DNA from: an uncultured Chloroflexia bacterium
GTDB taxonomy: Bacteria; Chloroflexota; Chloroflexia; QHBQ01; JADMIH01
DNA length: 64,000 bases
Direction of reading: 5' to 3'
Assembly: GCA_963797095.1 (NCBI GenBank)
Contig: CAWCNY010000003.1
Coordinates: forward strand, 672,001-736,000
The notes beneath the pieces were generated by a model that saw only the letters and a program-made list of their open reading frames with translations, was not told where the DNA came from and ran no database searches. Of the stretch, positions 20,413-30,124 are shown in pieces. Position numbers and translations under genes: made by a program. Position 1 is the stretch's first letter, and each line of letters begins with the position of its first letter.

Positions 20413-20428
20413 TGGCACGATTTGTGCA
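20413..20428 (+). promoter_or_regulatory. Candidate sigma54 promoter
   Basis: TGGCAC-GATTT-GTGCA, about 70 nt before ATG at 20500. Confidence 0.65.
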
Positions 20429-20499
20429 GTATTATACATTGATTGGATATCAATCCACACACAACATCCAGAACGATATCCAAGAAGGAGGTTCGATTA

Positions 20500-20781
20500 A
20501 TGGCAACAACTACATGGAGAGCACACACCAAACACGGGGATCTTGACACTTCAGACCGCGACAATCTCCCTGATAGCGTGTACGCATTCCCCAAGCAGCG
20601 CAAAGAACCGCTGACCGATGCATCGCATGTGCGTAACGCCATCGCCCGCTTCGATCAGGTAGAGGATGTGTCGGATACAGACCGCGAGCAAGCTTTCGCC
20701 AACATTAAGAAGGCCGCCGACCATTACGGCGTAGACATGGAAGTCGATAGCTGGCGCGATCTCGGCAAGCCGAGAAAATAG
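20500..20781 (+). CDS. Small conserved protein (DUF6582-like)
   Basis: AAGGAGG RBS; LPDSVYAFPKQRKEPLTDASHVRNAIARFDQV. Confidence 0.8.
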   Translation: MATTTWRAHTKHGDLDTSDRDNLPDSVYAFPKQRKEPLTDASHVRNAIARFDQVEDVSDTDREQAFANIKKAADHYGVDMEVDSWRDLGKPRK

Positions 20782-20790
20782 CTATATTTG

Positions 20791-20837
20791 GGGTGCAAAA
20801 AGACCTGGCGGATAGGCCGCCAGGTCTTTTTGCACCC
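20791..20837. terminator. Bidirectional terminator between convergent genes
   Basis: 21-bp inverted repeat GGGTGCAAAAAGACCTGGCGG/CCGCCAGGTCTTTTTGCACCC. Confidence 0.8.
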
Positions 20838-20847
20838 TTACAGCCTG

Positions 20848-21210
20848 CTACTCGATCGGATAATGCGCATCCACATGCACCTCGATCTCCTGTGGATCGA
20901 GGTCTTGCATCGACGCTGGAAGCGTCAGGTCAAGCTCGGTGTGCACCGTTTCATCCTTTTGCAGGTCAACATCCCTCATCTCCTGTGCCAGCACGCTCCC
21001 CGTAGTACGCTCCACCAGTTCCACCTCAAGCTCAACTGTTCCCCCGCCCGGCCCCGCGTTGGCAAGCGTAACATCCACCTTGTAAGGCTCGCTCGAACCG
21101 GCAGCTGGCGCATGCACCGAGTAATCCTGCACCACGGGCTTTGGCCCCAGGCACCCAACAAGCAACATCGCCAGCATGGGCAACATCAGCACACAAACGA
21201 CTTTTCTCAT
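20848..21210 (-). CDS. Putative lipoprotein with Ig-like beta-sandwich
   Basis: Signal peptide MRKVV...LLVGC. Confidence 0.7.
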   Translation of the reverse strand: MRKVVCVLMLPMLAMLLVGCLGPKPVVQDYSVHAPAAGSSEPYKVDVTLANAGPGGGTVELEVELVERTTGSVLAQEMRDVDLQKDETVHTELDLTLPASMQDLDPQEIEVHVDAHYPIE

Positions 21211-21232
21211 GATCGACCTCTGGCAGCAGCAG

Positions 21233-22252
21233 CTACCTTGATGGCAGCCAGGGCGGCCACAGTACAAAGAACAGAACAATAAGCAGCACCGCCATCATCA
21301 CGAACGCGGCGCACCCCATCGTAACCAGTGGGTCCGCGCGGTTCTCCCGCCGCGTCAACTGCATAAAACTGAGCGGCTCGGGCAGCACAGGCACGCTCCA
21401 CTCCACCTCATACTCGACATCCGGCAGCAGGCACTCGTTGCGTAGCACAGGCACCAGGGTACGTAGCTGCTCGCCTATATAGTCCCTATCCTCCTGTGTG
21501 ATCTCAAGAGTGGGCCACACTCGATAAGACGCCTCACTATCCAACTTCTCCTCGTTCCCGGCGATTACCCTCGCCAGGTTATGTTCCAGGTTCTGAAACG
21601 CCTGCACCATCCGGTAATAAGCCGCTGCCTTGTCTTCATCTATCGTTGACCATTGCGAGATTTGCAACCGAGCCTGCCCGTCGCGCTTCTGCAACACATG
21701 CTCCAGTTGATCCACCAGAAACTCAAATATAGTGTTGTTCATCTCGCCTTTGAGGCTGTGGTACTTGGCCTCAACGCCGTTAAGCTCTATCTCTCCCAAT
21801 TTGCCTGTACTATCGCCAATAACCCACCTGATCGGCTCGTGCGGCTTTCCTTCCAGGTATATTGTCTGGTCAAAATAGGCTGCCTTGGCGTCATTGCTAA
21901 TACCAAGAGCCTCATGCTTCCGCTGCTCTACTTTCTCTCGCGCGGCGGCACCCCTCGCCCACAGCAGGGGCATATTCAACCAGAGCAGCCGTAGCGCCCC
22001 CACAAAACCCCCGAATGTGGATACAAGGTAGTAGGCCGCCAGCACCATCACGATCAACAAAACCAGCGTCTCCACATTGGAGCGCTGGGTCAGCGTCACG
22101 AAGAACTGCACTCGCCACACGATGGCGACGATTATGGCAACCGACAGCAAATTGAGCGCCAGATAGATAACCGCCATCCACCTCACGCGGGCGGCGTATC
22201 TATCCGGCGTCTCAGAAACGTGCTCCTTTATCAGCTTTTCTGCTAAAGCCAT
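21233..22252 (-). CDS. Hypothetical membrane protein
   Basis: 339 aa with 2 N-terminal and 1 C-terminal TM segments. Confidence 0.7.
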   Translation of the reverse strand: MALAEKLIKEHVSETPDRYAARVRWMAVIYLALNLLSVAIIVAIVWRVQFFVTLTQRSNVETLVLLIVMVLAAYYLVSTFGGFVGALRLLWLNMPLLWARGAAAREKVEQRKHEALGISNDAKAAYFDQTIYLEGKPHEPIRWVIGDSTGKLGEIELNGVEAKYHSLKGEMNNTIFEFLVDQLEHVLQKRDGQARLQISQWSTIDEDKAAAYYRMVQAFQNLEHNLARVIAGNEEKLDSEASYRVWPTLEITQEDRDYIGEQLRTLVPVLRNECLLPDVEYEVEWSVPVLPEPLSFMQLTRRENRADPLVTMGCAAFVMMAVLLIVLFFVLWPPWLPSR

Positions 22253-22285
22253 ACAACATGATCGTTCAGTGTTAGGCGTTCAAGT

Positions 22286-22999
22286 TCAGGTGCTCGTGAT
22301 TTTCCCACCGTGAGCTTCCAAAATGGCCTGCACAAAATCGCGTTGCGTATCGTCAACACTTATGGTGACGGTCGCGCCCTCGCCCCTGGCAGGCGGTAGG
22401 CCGCTATTGGCGCTGTGCCCCTCAAGCGTGCCGCGCTCCCCTGTCCCACTCTCTTGCGCTGCGCCCTCTCTCGCTTCGGGAGAATCGGGGTTGAGACCAC
22501 CAGGTTGGTCGGGAAAGTCGGTGTATATATCCTCGTCCGCGTCCTCCGAGGCGTCGTTGCGGCGCACCATGTCCTGGTCAGCAGGCTCCACCTCGTCATA
22601 GCCTGTCTTCCTTATTCCCAGGCGCAGGCCCCCACCCAGAGGCTCATCGGGAGGAATATCAGGATCAAGCACAACGGGCACATCGCTGCCCATTGCGCCT
22701 TCGCCAACCATATACGCTTCCGTAGTGGATAGGTCTTCGTCGTTGGGAAGTTCTTGCGATACGCGATATGTGCCGGACGTGCCCATCTCCTGGCGCGCGA
22801 TGCCATCCGCCGCGATCATGGCTGAGGCGGCATCGTCATCGGCCCGCCAATCCTGTATCGTAATGCTGATATCGGATGGCGAGATATCCTGCCCACGCAG
22901 TTCCGATACAGCGGCCTGCGCATCTTTGGGGTCATCAAAGACGGCGGTCACCGTCCAGGTAACGGGCCGCGTCCCTGAAGCGCCTGTGCTATCGCTCAT
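22286..22999 (-). CDS. Acidic protein with split general-stress (YflT/17M-like) ferredoxin-fold motif
   Basis: VTAVFDD..DAQAAVSELR at the N-terminus; VTISVDD...ILEAHGG at the C-terminus. Confidence 0.6.
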   Translation of the reverse strand: MSDSTGASGTRPVTWTVTAVFDDPKDAQAAVSELRGQDISPSDISITIQDWRADDDAASAMIAADGIARQEMGTSGTYRVSQELPNDEDLSTTEAYMVGEGAMGSDVPVVLDPDIPPDEPLGGGLRLGIRKTGYDEVEPADQDMVRRNDASEDADEDIYTDFPDQPGGLNPDSPEAREGAAQESGTGERGTLEGHSANSGLPPARGEGATVTISVDDTQRDFVQAILEAHGGKITST

Positions 23000-23561
23000 C
23001 TTCGTCCTCCGGGGGCAGGTTCACCATACCCGGCGCGAACATATCCATCTCCGAGGGCGGATCAGGATGCCCGAACTCGCGCTCGTCATAAATATCCAGG
23101 TCAAGGTTATCGCCGGGCTCAGGCACCGCCGCGCGCCATGTGCGGTCGGCCAGCGCGTCAGCCTCCGCCTCCAATTGCAGAGTATCCTCACCTGTGCCGC
23201 CGCCCGCCCCGCTCCCCGACAGCAGAGCGCCCTCGGCACTCGGTGACTCCATATTTTCTCCTGGGTTGCGGTCGCGATCCAGGGGCCAGTTGGGCCTTCC
23301 CGCGTCGGTGTCGCGCCACTCGTCGGGCCCAGCCGTGTCCGACTGGTCGGCGTATATTTCCGCCCCTTGCTCCCTCAATCGTGTCTCTTCTGCGCCCTCT
23401 CGCGCTCGCAACAGATCTGCCGTGCTTATCTCGCCCGCCTGCTCTTCATAGGTTTCTTCGAGGGCGGGATTATCGCTGCCGGCTCCTGAACCGCCCGCCA
23501 CCTTATCGCCCCCGCCTACTCCCTGTCCATCCTGTCTATTCTGTCCGTTCTGAGCGTCCAT
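22989..23561 (-). CDS. Acidic hydrophilic hypothetical protein
   Basis: GGAGG RBS; operon-like overlap with the next gene. Confidence 0.6.
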   Translation of the reverse strand: MDAQNGQNRQDGQGVGGGDKVAGGSGAGSDNPALEETYEEQAGEISTADLLRAREGAEETRLREQGAEIYADQSDTAGPDEWRDTDAGRPNWPLDRDRNPGENMESPSAEGALLSGSGAGGGTGEDTLQLEAEADALADRTWRAAVPEPGDNLDLDIYDEREFGHPDPPSEMDMFAPGMVNLPPEDEDER

Positions 23562-23564
23562 GAT

Positions 23565-24062
23565 TCAGCCTCCTTTTCGAGACATTACATAGCCAAGCGA
23601 CCACCCGTCGGCAGCGCCCGCCAGCACGCAGCTTATCAGTAGCAACCAGATATTGAGCGAGTTCACGACATCGCTGTTAACAAACCTGAGCAGCACAAGA
23701 AACGCCGCCAACCATACAAAGATACCATAAATAGCCCCGAAAAGTCCCTTGCTGATACCAAGCCTGTAGACAATGGGCAAATACGAAATAAACCCGATCC
23801 CTGCCAGCGCAAATATCGCCAGCATCAACAGCGCCCCCACCACGAAAGGCATGCCGAGTGTGGTTGGCGCGGTCTGCGCCGTGCCTGAGCCGCCCGTAAA
23901 TATGGAGCCTATACGCGACACACTGTAGAGAAGATCGCCCGCCCGTGTGACCGCATCCACAAGAAAGGTCACTACGATGAAGACGAAGCCGCCTATCAGG
24001 CCGGAGCTAAGACCTTCAATAAGCTTCGTGGAGGTCTTTTTGGGTTGGTATACGCGGGCCAT
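23565..24062 (-). CDS. Four-TM membrane protein
   Basis: Hydrophobic helices; GAGGA RBS. Confidence 0.7.
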   Translation of the reverse strand: MARVYQPKKTSTKLIEGLSSGLIGGFVFIVVTFLVDAVTRAGDLLYSVSRIGSIFTGGSGTAQTAPTTLGMPFVVGALLMLAIFALAGIGFISYLPIVYRLGISKGLFGAIYGIFVWLAAFLVLLRFVNSDVVNSLNIWLLLISCVLAGAADGWSLGYVMSRKGG

Positions 24063-24158
24063 TGGGGGTCCTCATGTTGAAATAGGGTTAGTACGACGAG
24101 GGGCGAAGAGCGAAGAGTTTTCACCCTTCGCCCCTCATGATCGTTGCCCGAGAAATGC

Positions 24159-25145
24159 TTACGACCTGTCGTAAGTGTCTCGGTAAGCGGTATCGTTCAC
24201 ATCGGTGTTGACCGTATCATCGGCAACATCCTCGGCGGCATCACTTACACCTTTGCCCGCCGCGCCACCTATAGCGCCACCGATCGCGCCACCTACGCCC
24301 ATCCCAACAGGGCCACCGATAGCACCCAGGGCCGCGCCCGTAGCCGCGCCTGCCGCCCCACCTGCCGTGGCACCCGTTGTGTCGGCAGCAGTATCGCCGG
24401 CGGTGTCATCGTTCTCGGCGAGAGCGCCTGCGCCCGCGCCTGCCGCCCCGCCAATCACGGCTCCAAGGCCGGTCCCGAGAGGGCCCGCAACAGCGGTGCC
24501 GATGGCCGCGCCTGCCGCCGCGCCGCCAAGACCCGCGGCGGCTTCAGTCCCAACACCCTCGTCATGGCCGCCACCCTGCCGTACCGTGGTTGTGGTGCCG
24601 TAGCGCCAGTTAGGGTTGTTGTAATAGACGGCATCGTTGCGAATGTCGCGGGCGCCATTGGCGTTCATAATATCCAGCGCCAGTTGCTCGCTACCCGCCG
24701 GCACTCTGGCCGTGACAAGCACGCCTCCGCGTTCCACGCCGGTGCTGTAAAGTTGAGCTTCTTCTTCCGGCACGCCCACGTCAACCAGCGCGCCGATAAT
24801 GCCGCCCGTGGCAGCCCCTATGCCTGCGCCGACCAGGGTGGAGGCGAGGGCCGTGCCAAGCGGCCCGGCAGCTACTACCGGGCCGATCCCCGGAATGGCG
24901 AGCGCGCCAACTCCAACCAGCAGCCCGGCCAACCCACCCAGAGCGCCTCCCGTTACAGCGCCCGTAGCTGCCCCACTTACACCCGTATCAACCACATCAG
25001 TTGTGGTTACAGCGGTGGGCGTGGTCGTATTTATTGAACGCATAGCCACACCAATGTCGTTTACGTTTACCCCACTATTGCGCAGTTGCTCCACCGCATT
25101 TTGTGCCTGAGTTGTGTTGTCGAATAGACCTATTACAGTTCCCAT
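24159..25145 (-). CDS. General stress protein (YflT/17M-like domain with glycine zippers)
   Basis: TVIGLFD..QAQNAVEQL, GALAIPGIGPVVAAGPL, GVPEEEA..Y..GVERGGVLV; AGGAGG RBS. Confidence 0.85.
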   Translation of the reverse strand: MGTVIGLFDNTTQAQNAVEQLRNSGVNVNDIGVAMRSINTTTPTAVTTTDVVDTGVSGAATGAVTGGALGGLAGLLVGVGALAIPGIGPVVAAGPLGTALASTLVGAGIGAATGGIIGALVDVGVPEEEAQLYSTGVERGGVLVTARVPAGSEQLALDIMNANGARDIRNDAVYYNNPNWRYGTTTTVRQGGGHDEGVGTEAAAGLGGAAAGAAIGTAVAGPLGTGLGAVIGGAAGAGAGALAENDDTAGDTAADTTGATAGGAAGAATGAALGAIGGPVGMGVGGAIGGAIGGAAGKGVSDAAEDVADDTVNTDVNDTAYRDTYDRS

Positions 25146-25240
25146 ATCCTTGTATCCTCCTATCGTAGTACATAGATATCAGTAACGAGCTAAGATGCTG
25201 CCAACTCAGCGTGTCAGCCTCGCGGCCTTCTTCGTAATAA

Positions 25241-25256
25241 AGCACAATCCATGCCA
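25241..25256 (-). promoter_or_regulatory. Candidate sigma54 promoter of the 25145 to 20848 gene run
   Basis: Minus strand TGGCAT-GGATT-GTGCT. Confidence 0.65.
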
Positions 25257-25438
25257 AAACCGGGTGCGGCCGCTCCCGGCTATCGCAACCATCTGGGTGC
25301 CCTGCTATGCTTTATCGTTCCTTGCGTCGCATGAATGAGTTGCTGGAATTCATACGATCATAGGCACACAATGTTAGGGCGTCGCAAGGAATGCGCGCCT
25401 GAGACGATCAGCTACAGGTCAAAATACGTGAGGGCAGC

Positions 25439-25651
25439 ATGGATTTTGAACATGGGCAACAGAGTACGACCAATAGAGAGCAGCACATGACCAAGCAGAT
25501 CGCTGCTTTTCCTCCACCTATGACAGAACAGCAAGAGCGGCGCAGATATATCTACCTGGAGGTGCTTGCCATCCTGATCCTGGCTATATGCATCCTGCTA
25601 TTGTGCGATCTGTTGGTGTTCGTCTTTCCCAGGCTCGTGCTGGGAGACTAA
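25439..25651 (+). CDS. Small single-TM protein
   Basis: C-terminal hydrophobic helix; alternative start at 25487. Confidence 0.5.
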   Translation: MDFEHGQQSTTNREQHMTKQIAAFPPPMTEQQERRRYIYLEVLAILILAICILLLCDLLVFVFPRLVLGD

Positions 25652-25697
25652 GATGGAACACCCCGGATCCTGGATCCAGACTAAAGGGTAGGTTTCT

Positions 25698-25752
25698 GCA
25701 AAAGGGGGTGCAGGCGGAACTGCCTGCTGGGGGTTTGGGGGTGTCCCCCACA
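25698..25752. repeat. REP-like element
   Basis: GCAAAAGGGGGTGCAGGCGGAACTGCCTGC is nearly identical to 60105-60133; followed by hairpin TGGGGG-TGT-CCCCCA. Confidence 0.7.
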
Positions 25753-25828
25753 CTTTCCCCACCATTTACTCTCCACCCTCCACACAAATGTGGGGAGCCG
25801 AGGGCTTCGTGAGTAACCTGCATTCATC

Positions 25829-26980
25829 TCAGAAAAGCCGCCAGACAGAACCCGCCGGGCGACTCGCCTTGAAGCCGCCATAGGCCCAGCAGAGTGGGTA
25901 GAGCATAACAAGCCCCAGTAACCACAACGGATACATGGCCTGTAGGCTGGTGCCGTTCGGAGCGAATAACAGGCCAAGCAGCGCATAGAGAAACAGGTGA
26001 ATCAGGTAGAAAAAGAGGGGGGCACGCCCAAAGGTAAGGAGAGGATGTAGCACTATCCTCACAACCTTCCCACCGCCGAGCACCCACGCCAACACCCCCA
26101 ACAACAGCAGATCTGTTCCCAAAGTAAGCAACAAGAAGTCGTAGCTGGGAGGATATTTGGTCACGTTGAGAAACGCCACCCACCCATCACCAACGGGAGG
26201 GTGTGCATCGCCTATCCCAGGACCGCGCAGAATTACGAACAGCGCCAGCAGGAGCACCCCAAAGGGGGCCGACCGCGCAAGCGAAATGCGAGCCGAGAAG
26301 CGCGGTCTACTTTCCTGCACTCCCTCCGGGGCCACAACACGCGCAAAGGCCATCCCAAGCAAAGACACACCCAACCACGGCAGAATAGGATAGTAAACGT
26401 TAAGGTCCCCATTAGAGCCTGCCGTCAAAAAGAGTGCGCGCAAAGGGTTCAGCCGTTCGCCCGATCCTGGGTCCGCCAGCAAGAGGTTCGACACAACGAT
26501 CAGGCCCAATCCCAGCGGCACCAAAAACCTGGGAGCAAGGCTAACAAGCACAGATCCAAACAGCAGCGCGCCTCCAAGCCCAGATAGCACGCCCATATAC
26601 AGCGTGAACGAGTAGTTCGACCCGGAGGGCAGCGCGATAGGCCATGCCCTGTTCTCCACCAGCAATTGCAACGCAATAAGGAGCGCACCCCGCACCGCGA
26701 TATGGCGGCGGATAGCGGCCTCGCTCCAACCCGTCCCCCGCCGCGAGGCCGCAAAGAGTGCCATACCCGTACCCATCAGGAAGAAGAAGCCGGGCGCGGC
26801 GAGATGCGTCACTACTCGCGTGAGAAAATCAAGCTCTGTGGGATACCTCGGAGGCGGAAGATACCAGAACTCGCCCGAACTGTGACGTTTGGAAATAAAG
26901 AAGTTGGCGTGGTCAAGCGCCATCACCACCATGATCAAACCACGCAACGCGTCGATTGGTGCGAGCCTGGCCTGGGCCAT
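25829..26980 (-). CDS. DUF1624/heparan-alpha-glucosaminide N-acetyltransferase-like membrane protein
   Basis: IDALRGLIMVVMALDH, THLAAPGFFFLMG, YPILPW, FLNVTKYPPS. Confidence 0.85.
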   Translation of the reverse strand: MAQARLAPIDALRGLIMVVMALDHANFFISKRHSSGEFWYLPPPRYPTELDFLTRVVTHLAAPGFFFLMGTGMALFAASRRGTGWSEAAIRRHIAVRGALLIALQLLVENRAWPIALPSGSNYSFTLYMGVLSGLGGALLFGSVLVSLAPRFLVPLGLGLIVVSNLLLADPGSGERLNPLRALFLTAGSNGDLNVYYPILPWLGVSLLGMAFARVVAPEGVQESRPRFSARISLARSAPFGVLLLALFVILRGPGIGDAHPPVGDGWVAFLNVTKYPPSYDFLLLTLGTDLLLLGVLAWVLGGGKVVRIVLHPLLTFGRAPLFFYLIHLFLYALLGLLFAPNGTSLQAMYPLWLLGLVMLYPLCWAYGGFKASRPAGSVWRLF

Positions 26981-27000
26981 AGTCGTCGGATACTGAGCGC

Positions 27001-27570
27001 TCAATCCGGCATCAAACTCTTGCGAAAAAGCATTCCACGCCAATCGTAAACGCGGAAATCTCCCTGCGGAACATACCCGGCCTTCACATAATAATCAACC
27101 AGCCTCCGGTTATCTGCCCAGCAATCGAGCCACATGTCGGCTTTACTCTTCACAAGAGCGTAATTCTCGGCCCAGCGCAGCAGGTCGCGCCCGATACCAC
27201 GTCCTGCCAAAGCACGGGAGGTGGTAAAGGCTTCCAGATAGTATGCAGGCGCAGGAAACCCCGGCAGCACGTCCCTCGCGTAAGCCGGTATCTCGTCGCT
27301 CAGCGCGACTGTGCCCACGGCTGCACCTTCCGCCCGCGCCATAAATAGCATGCCACGCGCAGCCCAATCCTCGAATCGCGCCTGGATGCGAGGCTGCTCA
27401 GAAAAAGGAGCACTACCCCACTGCCCGGCAATGCCCCGTTCCACCAGCCAGGCCACCGCCTCATCAAATAGAGCAAGAGCGTCCGCAACGTCGTCAATTG
27501 TTGCGACACTGATAAGGGCTTCTCCACAAGAGCCGCCGATCTGTTGGGGAAAGCTCACTTCGCGGGCCAT
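27001..27570 (-). CDS. GNAT-family N-acetyltransferase
   Basis: LAGRGIGRDLL, WLDCWADNRRLVDYYVKAGY. Confidence 0.85.
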   Translation of the reverse strand: MAREVSFPQQIGGSCGEALISVATIDDVADALALFDEAVAWLVERGIAGQWGSAPFSEQPRIQARFEDWAARGMLFMARAEGAAVGTVALSDEIPAYARDVLPGFPAPAYYLEAFTTSRALAGRGIGRDLLRWAENYALVKSKADMWLDCWADNRRLVDYYVKAGYVPQGDFRVYDWRGMLFRKSLMPD

Positions 27571-27661
27571 TCCTTCCGGTTCTGCTTACGCATAATACAC
27601 ACCTGGGGGAGAAACGGTTCACGCCTCGACCAACCCCGTCAGGTCAGTACCTTGTCACACC

Positions 27662-28690
27662 CTACGGAAATAGCACGACGCTTCGACTCTCGGCAGAATC
27701 ATAGGCATGCATCAGGATTTCGAGATCGCGCAGCGCCTCGGCAGGCGTCGATACCACAGATTCCCCGCGAGTGATCGCCTCGTGAAAATTCACAAGTTGA
27801 TCGTAGTAGGAAGTGGCGTTATCGAAAGGAAAGTATTCGTCGTCCACCTCCGGTTGTGTGCGAAGACGCACGCTGTGATCGTCCATCAAGATCGTGCCCC
27901 TCGTCCCGAAGATAGAAGCCTGAAGAAAGGGCGTGTCATCGCCCATCACCCCGCCGCAGAACAGCAGCCTGCCCAGCACCCCGCTCCTGAAGCGCAGGTT
28001 CAGCACGATCGTATCCATGCCGCTCAGATGCGGATGGATCAACTTGGTAAACGCCTGCACCTGCTCGGCCTCCCCGCCGATCTCGCGCAGGAAAGCCGCA
28101 TGATGCACCGAGGCATCGGTGATCGACCCGCCCCGGTACTGGCTATCCTGCCGCCAGGGCGTCGATGCAAACCCCTTCGTTATATCCGTCCAGTAGTGCG
28201 CATTCACATCGACCAGGAAGAGGTCCCCGATCCGCCCCTCGCGAATCCATTCGCGTGCCTTCTGAACATCCCGGCGGTAATGAAAATGCTCGGCAACGGC
28301 AACCACCAGCCCGCGCGCCTTCGCAAGCGTCTCTACCCCTGCGGCCACCTCCCGCGCCTGCGCCGTATTAGAGCCTATAGGCTTTTCGCACAAGGTATGC
28401 TTACCTGCGCGCACACTCTCCAGAAAAATCTGCGCATTCAGGTGGATCGGCACTGTCACCAGCACGGCATCCACCACATCGCTGCCAAGCAGCTCACGGT
28501 AGTCAACGGTCCAGGGACAGCCCCCTGCCATCTCAGCGAAGCTGGAAGCCGACCCTTCGGTGGCCGAAGCCACCATAGCCACTCGAAAGCGGTCTCGCAT
28601 CTTATCAAGAGCGGGCCAGTGAAGCACGCGTGCGGCGAGTCCCGCCCCGATAACGCCCAACCGAACGATGTCGTTCTTCGCGGGTTCCAT
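27662..28690 (-). CDS. Gfo/Idh/MocA-family oxidoreductase
   Basis: GVIGAG, GKHTLCEKP, GGSITDASVH. Confidence 0.9.
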   Translation of the reverse strand: MEPAKNDIVRLGVIGAGLAARVLHWPALDKMRDRFRVAMVASATEGSASSFAEMAGGCPWTVDYRELLGSDVVDAVLVTVPIHLNAQIFLESVRAGKHTLCEKPIGSNTAQAREVAAGVETLAKARGLVVAVAEHFHYRRDVQKAREWIREGRIGDLFLVDVNAHYWTDITKGFASTPWRQDSQYRGGSITDASVHHAAFLREIGGEAEQVQAFTKLIHPHLSGMDTIVLNLRFRSGVLGRLLFCGGVMGDDTPFLQASIFGTRGTILMDDHSVRLRTQPEVDDEYFPFDNATSYYDQLVNFHEAITRGESVVSTPAEALRDLEILMHAYDSAESRSVVLFP

Positions 28691-28788
28691 GAAGCAAGTT
28701 TCTCCCTGTTGTTGTTTGTTCAGTTATATCACACGTCACTCGCCCGACCCTTATCTCCAGAATCCTGAATGCACTTCTTTAGAGCATA

Positions 28789-28829
28789 AGGAGCCGGAAT
28801 GACACCCGCGGGTGTCATTCCGGCTCCTA
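28789..28829 (-). terminator. Long hairpin downstream of the SDR gene
   Basis: AGGAGCCGGAATGACACC-CGCG-GGTGTCATTCCGGCTCCT. Confidence 0.65.
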
Positions 28830-28848
28830 TAAATTCATTAGCCCGGCG

Positions 28849-29733
28849 CTAGCCGTTCACTATCTCTCCACCGTTCACGTGGGTCACCTGCCCCGTAACA
28901 TAAGACGAATCGTCCTATGCCAGGTAAACGTAAGCAGGGGCAACTTCCGCAGGCTCGCCCGCCCGCTTGAGAGGCACATCCGAGCCGAACTTGGCAACCT
29001 CATCGGGCGGCGAGGTAGAGGGAATGAGAGGGGTCCATATAGGGCCAGGCGCTACCGCGTTCACCCGAATACCTTTATCAGTCAGTTGCTCCGAAAGTGA
29101 GCGGGTAAAAGCAACGATGGCCCCTTTGGTCGGCGAGTAATCAAGCAGACCCGGACTCCCTCGATACGCAGTCACTGAGGTTGTGTTGACTATAGCGCTC
29201 CCCTCATGAAGATGAGGCATGGCGGCTTTGGTCATTTGAAACATCGCGAATACGTTAGTGCGAAAGGTTCGCTCCAATTGCTCCGAAGTGATCTCCTCAA
29301 TTTTCTTCTTGGGATGCTGCTCGGCGGCGTTGTTCACAAGGATGTCCAGTCTGCCAAGCTCTTTGACGGCGCGCTCAACCGCCTCTCTGCAATGCCCTTC
29401 ATCACCGATGTCTCCCCGGATCAAAAGGCACTTGCGCCCCTCCTGCTCGACATCCCCCGCCGTGTCGCGAGCATCCTTATCTTCATTCAGATAACAGATT
29501 GCCACATCCGCGCCTTCCTTCGCGAAAGCAATGGCGACCGCGCGGCCTATGCCGCTGTCGCCCCCTGTGATGATGGCAACCTTCCCCTGTAGCTTACCGC
29601 TGCCCAGGTAATCGCGTTTCTCAGACTTCGGCCTGGGGGTCATCTCGCTTTCCACGCCGGGCTGCCGTACCTGATGTTGCGGCGGGCGCTGCGGCTGGCT
29701 CTCCCCCTGCTTCTTGCTCTTATCAGCTTTCAT
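28849..29733 (-). pseudogene. General-stress SDR oxidoreductase (YdaD/YghA-like) with an in-frame TAG near the 3' end
   Basis: TGGDSGIG, NNAA, YSPTK; after TAG at 28915-28917 the frame continues DDSSYVTGQVTHVNGGEIVNG to TAG at 28849. Confidence 0.85.
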
Positions 29734-29846
29734 GGCGGCTAAGACCGCCTGCTTTAGCTGTGGGGATACAGCCGCCCTGCGTAGCCAGTCTGATTGAAAG
29801 TCTCTGCATAAAGTCCTCCAAAGGGGTATTATGTGTGTGACGGGTC

Positions 29847-30064
29847 AGCTAACCATTGCTACTCGCTACTACTGCCTTCGGGCCGTAGTCGCACTTTGAC
29901 AGTAGGATAATGTAGTGGGTTTCAGCACCAAAATCTCGTGTTGAGTAAAACATATCGAGTGTCTCTCATGGTGCAAACCAATGGGCAGGAAGTGCCCAAC
30001 GTAGAGATGTTCGTAAGAATACCGAAGCGTAGAAGCCCCTGAGTTTACTCATGGGGTATTTCAC
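29847..30064 (+). ncRNA. Structured ORF-less element, copy B; resembles an IS200/IS605 (TnpB) right end or reRNA
   Basis: Homologous to 14401-14611; ends CGTAGAAGCCCCTGAG-TTTA-CTCATGGGGTATTTCAC. Confidence 0.65.
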
Positions 30065-30082
30065 GAATAATTCCTCTGATGG

Positions 30083-30120
30083 CGGACGAGGGACGATAGA
30101 TTAGTATCGTCCCTCGTCCG
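30083..30120. terminator. Hairpin downstream of the 30125-31591 gene
   Basis: CGGACGAGGGACGATA-GATTAG-TATCGTCCCTCGTCCG. Confidence 0.65.
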
Positions 30121-30124
30121 TTCC

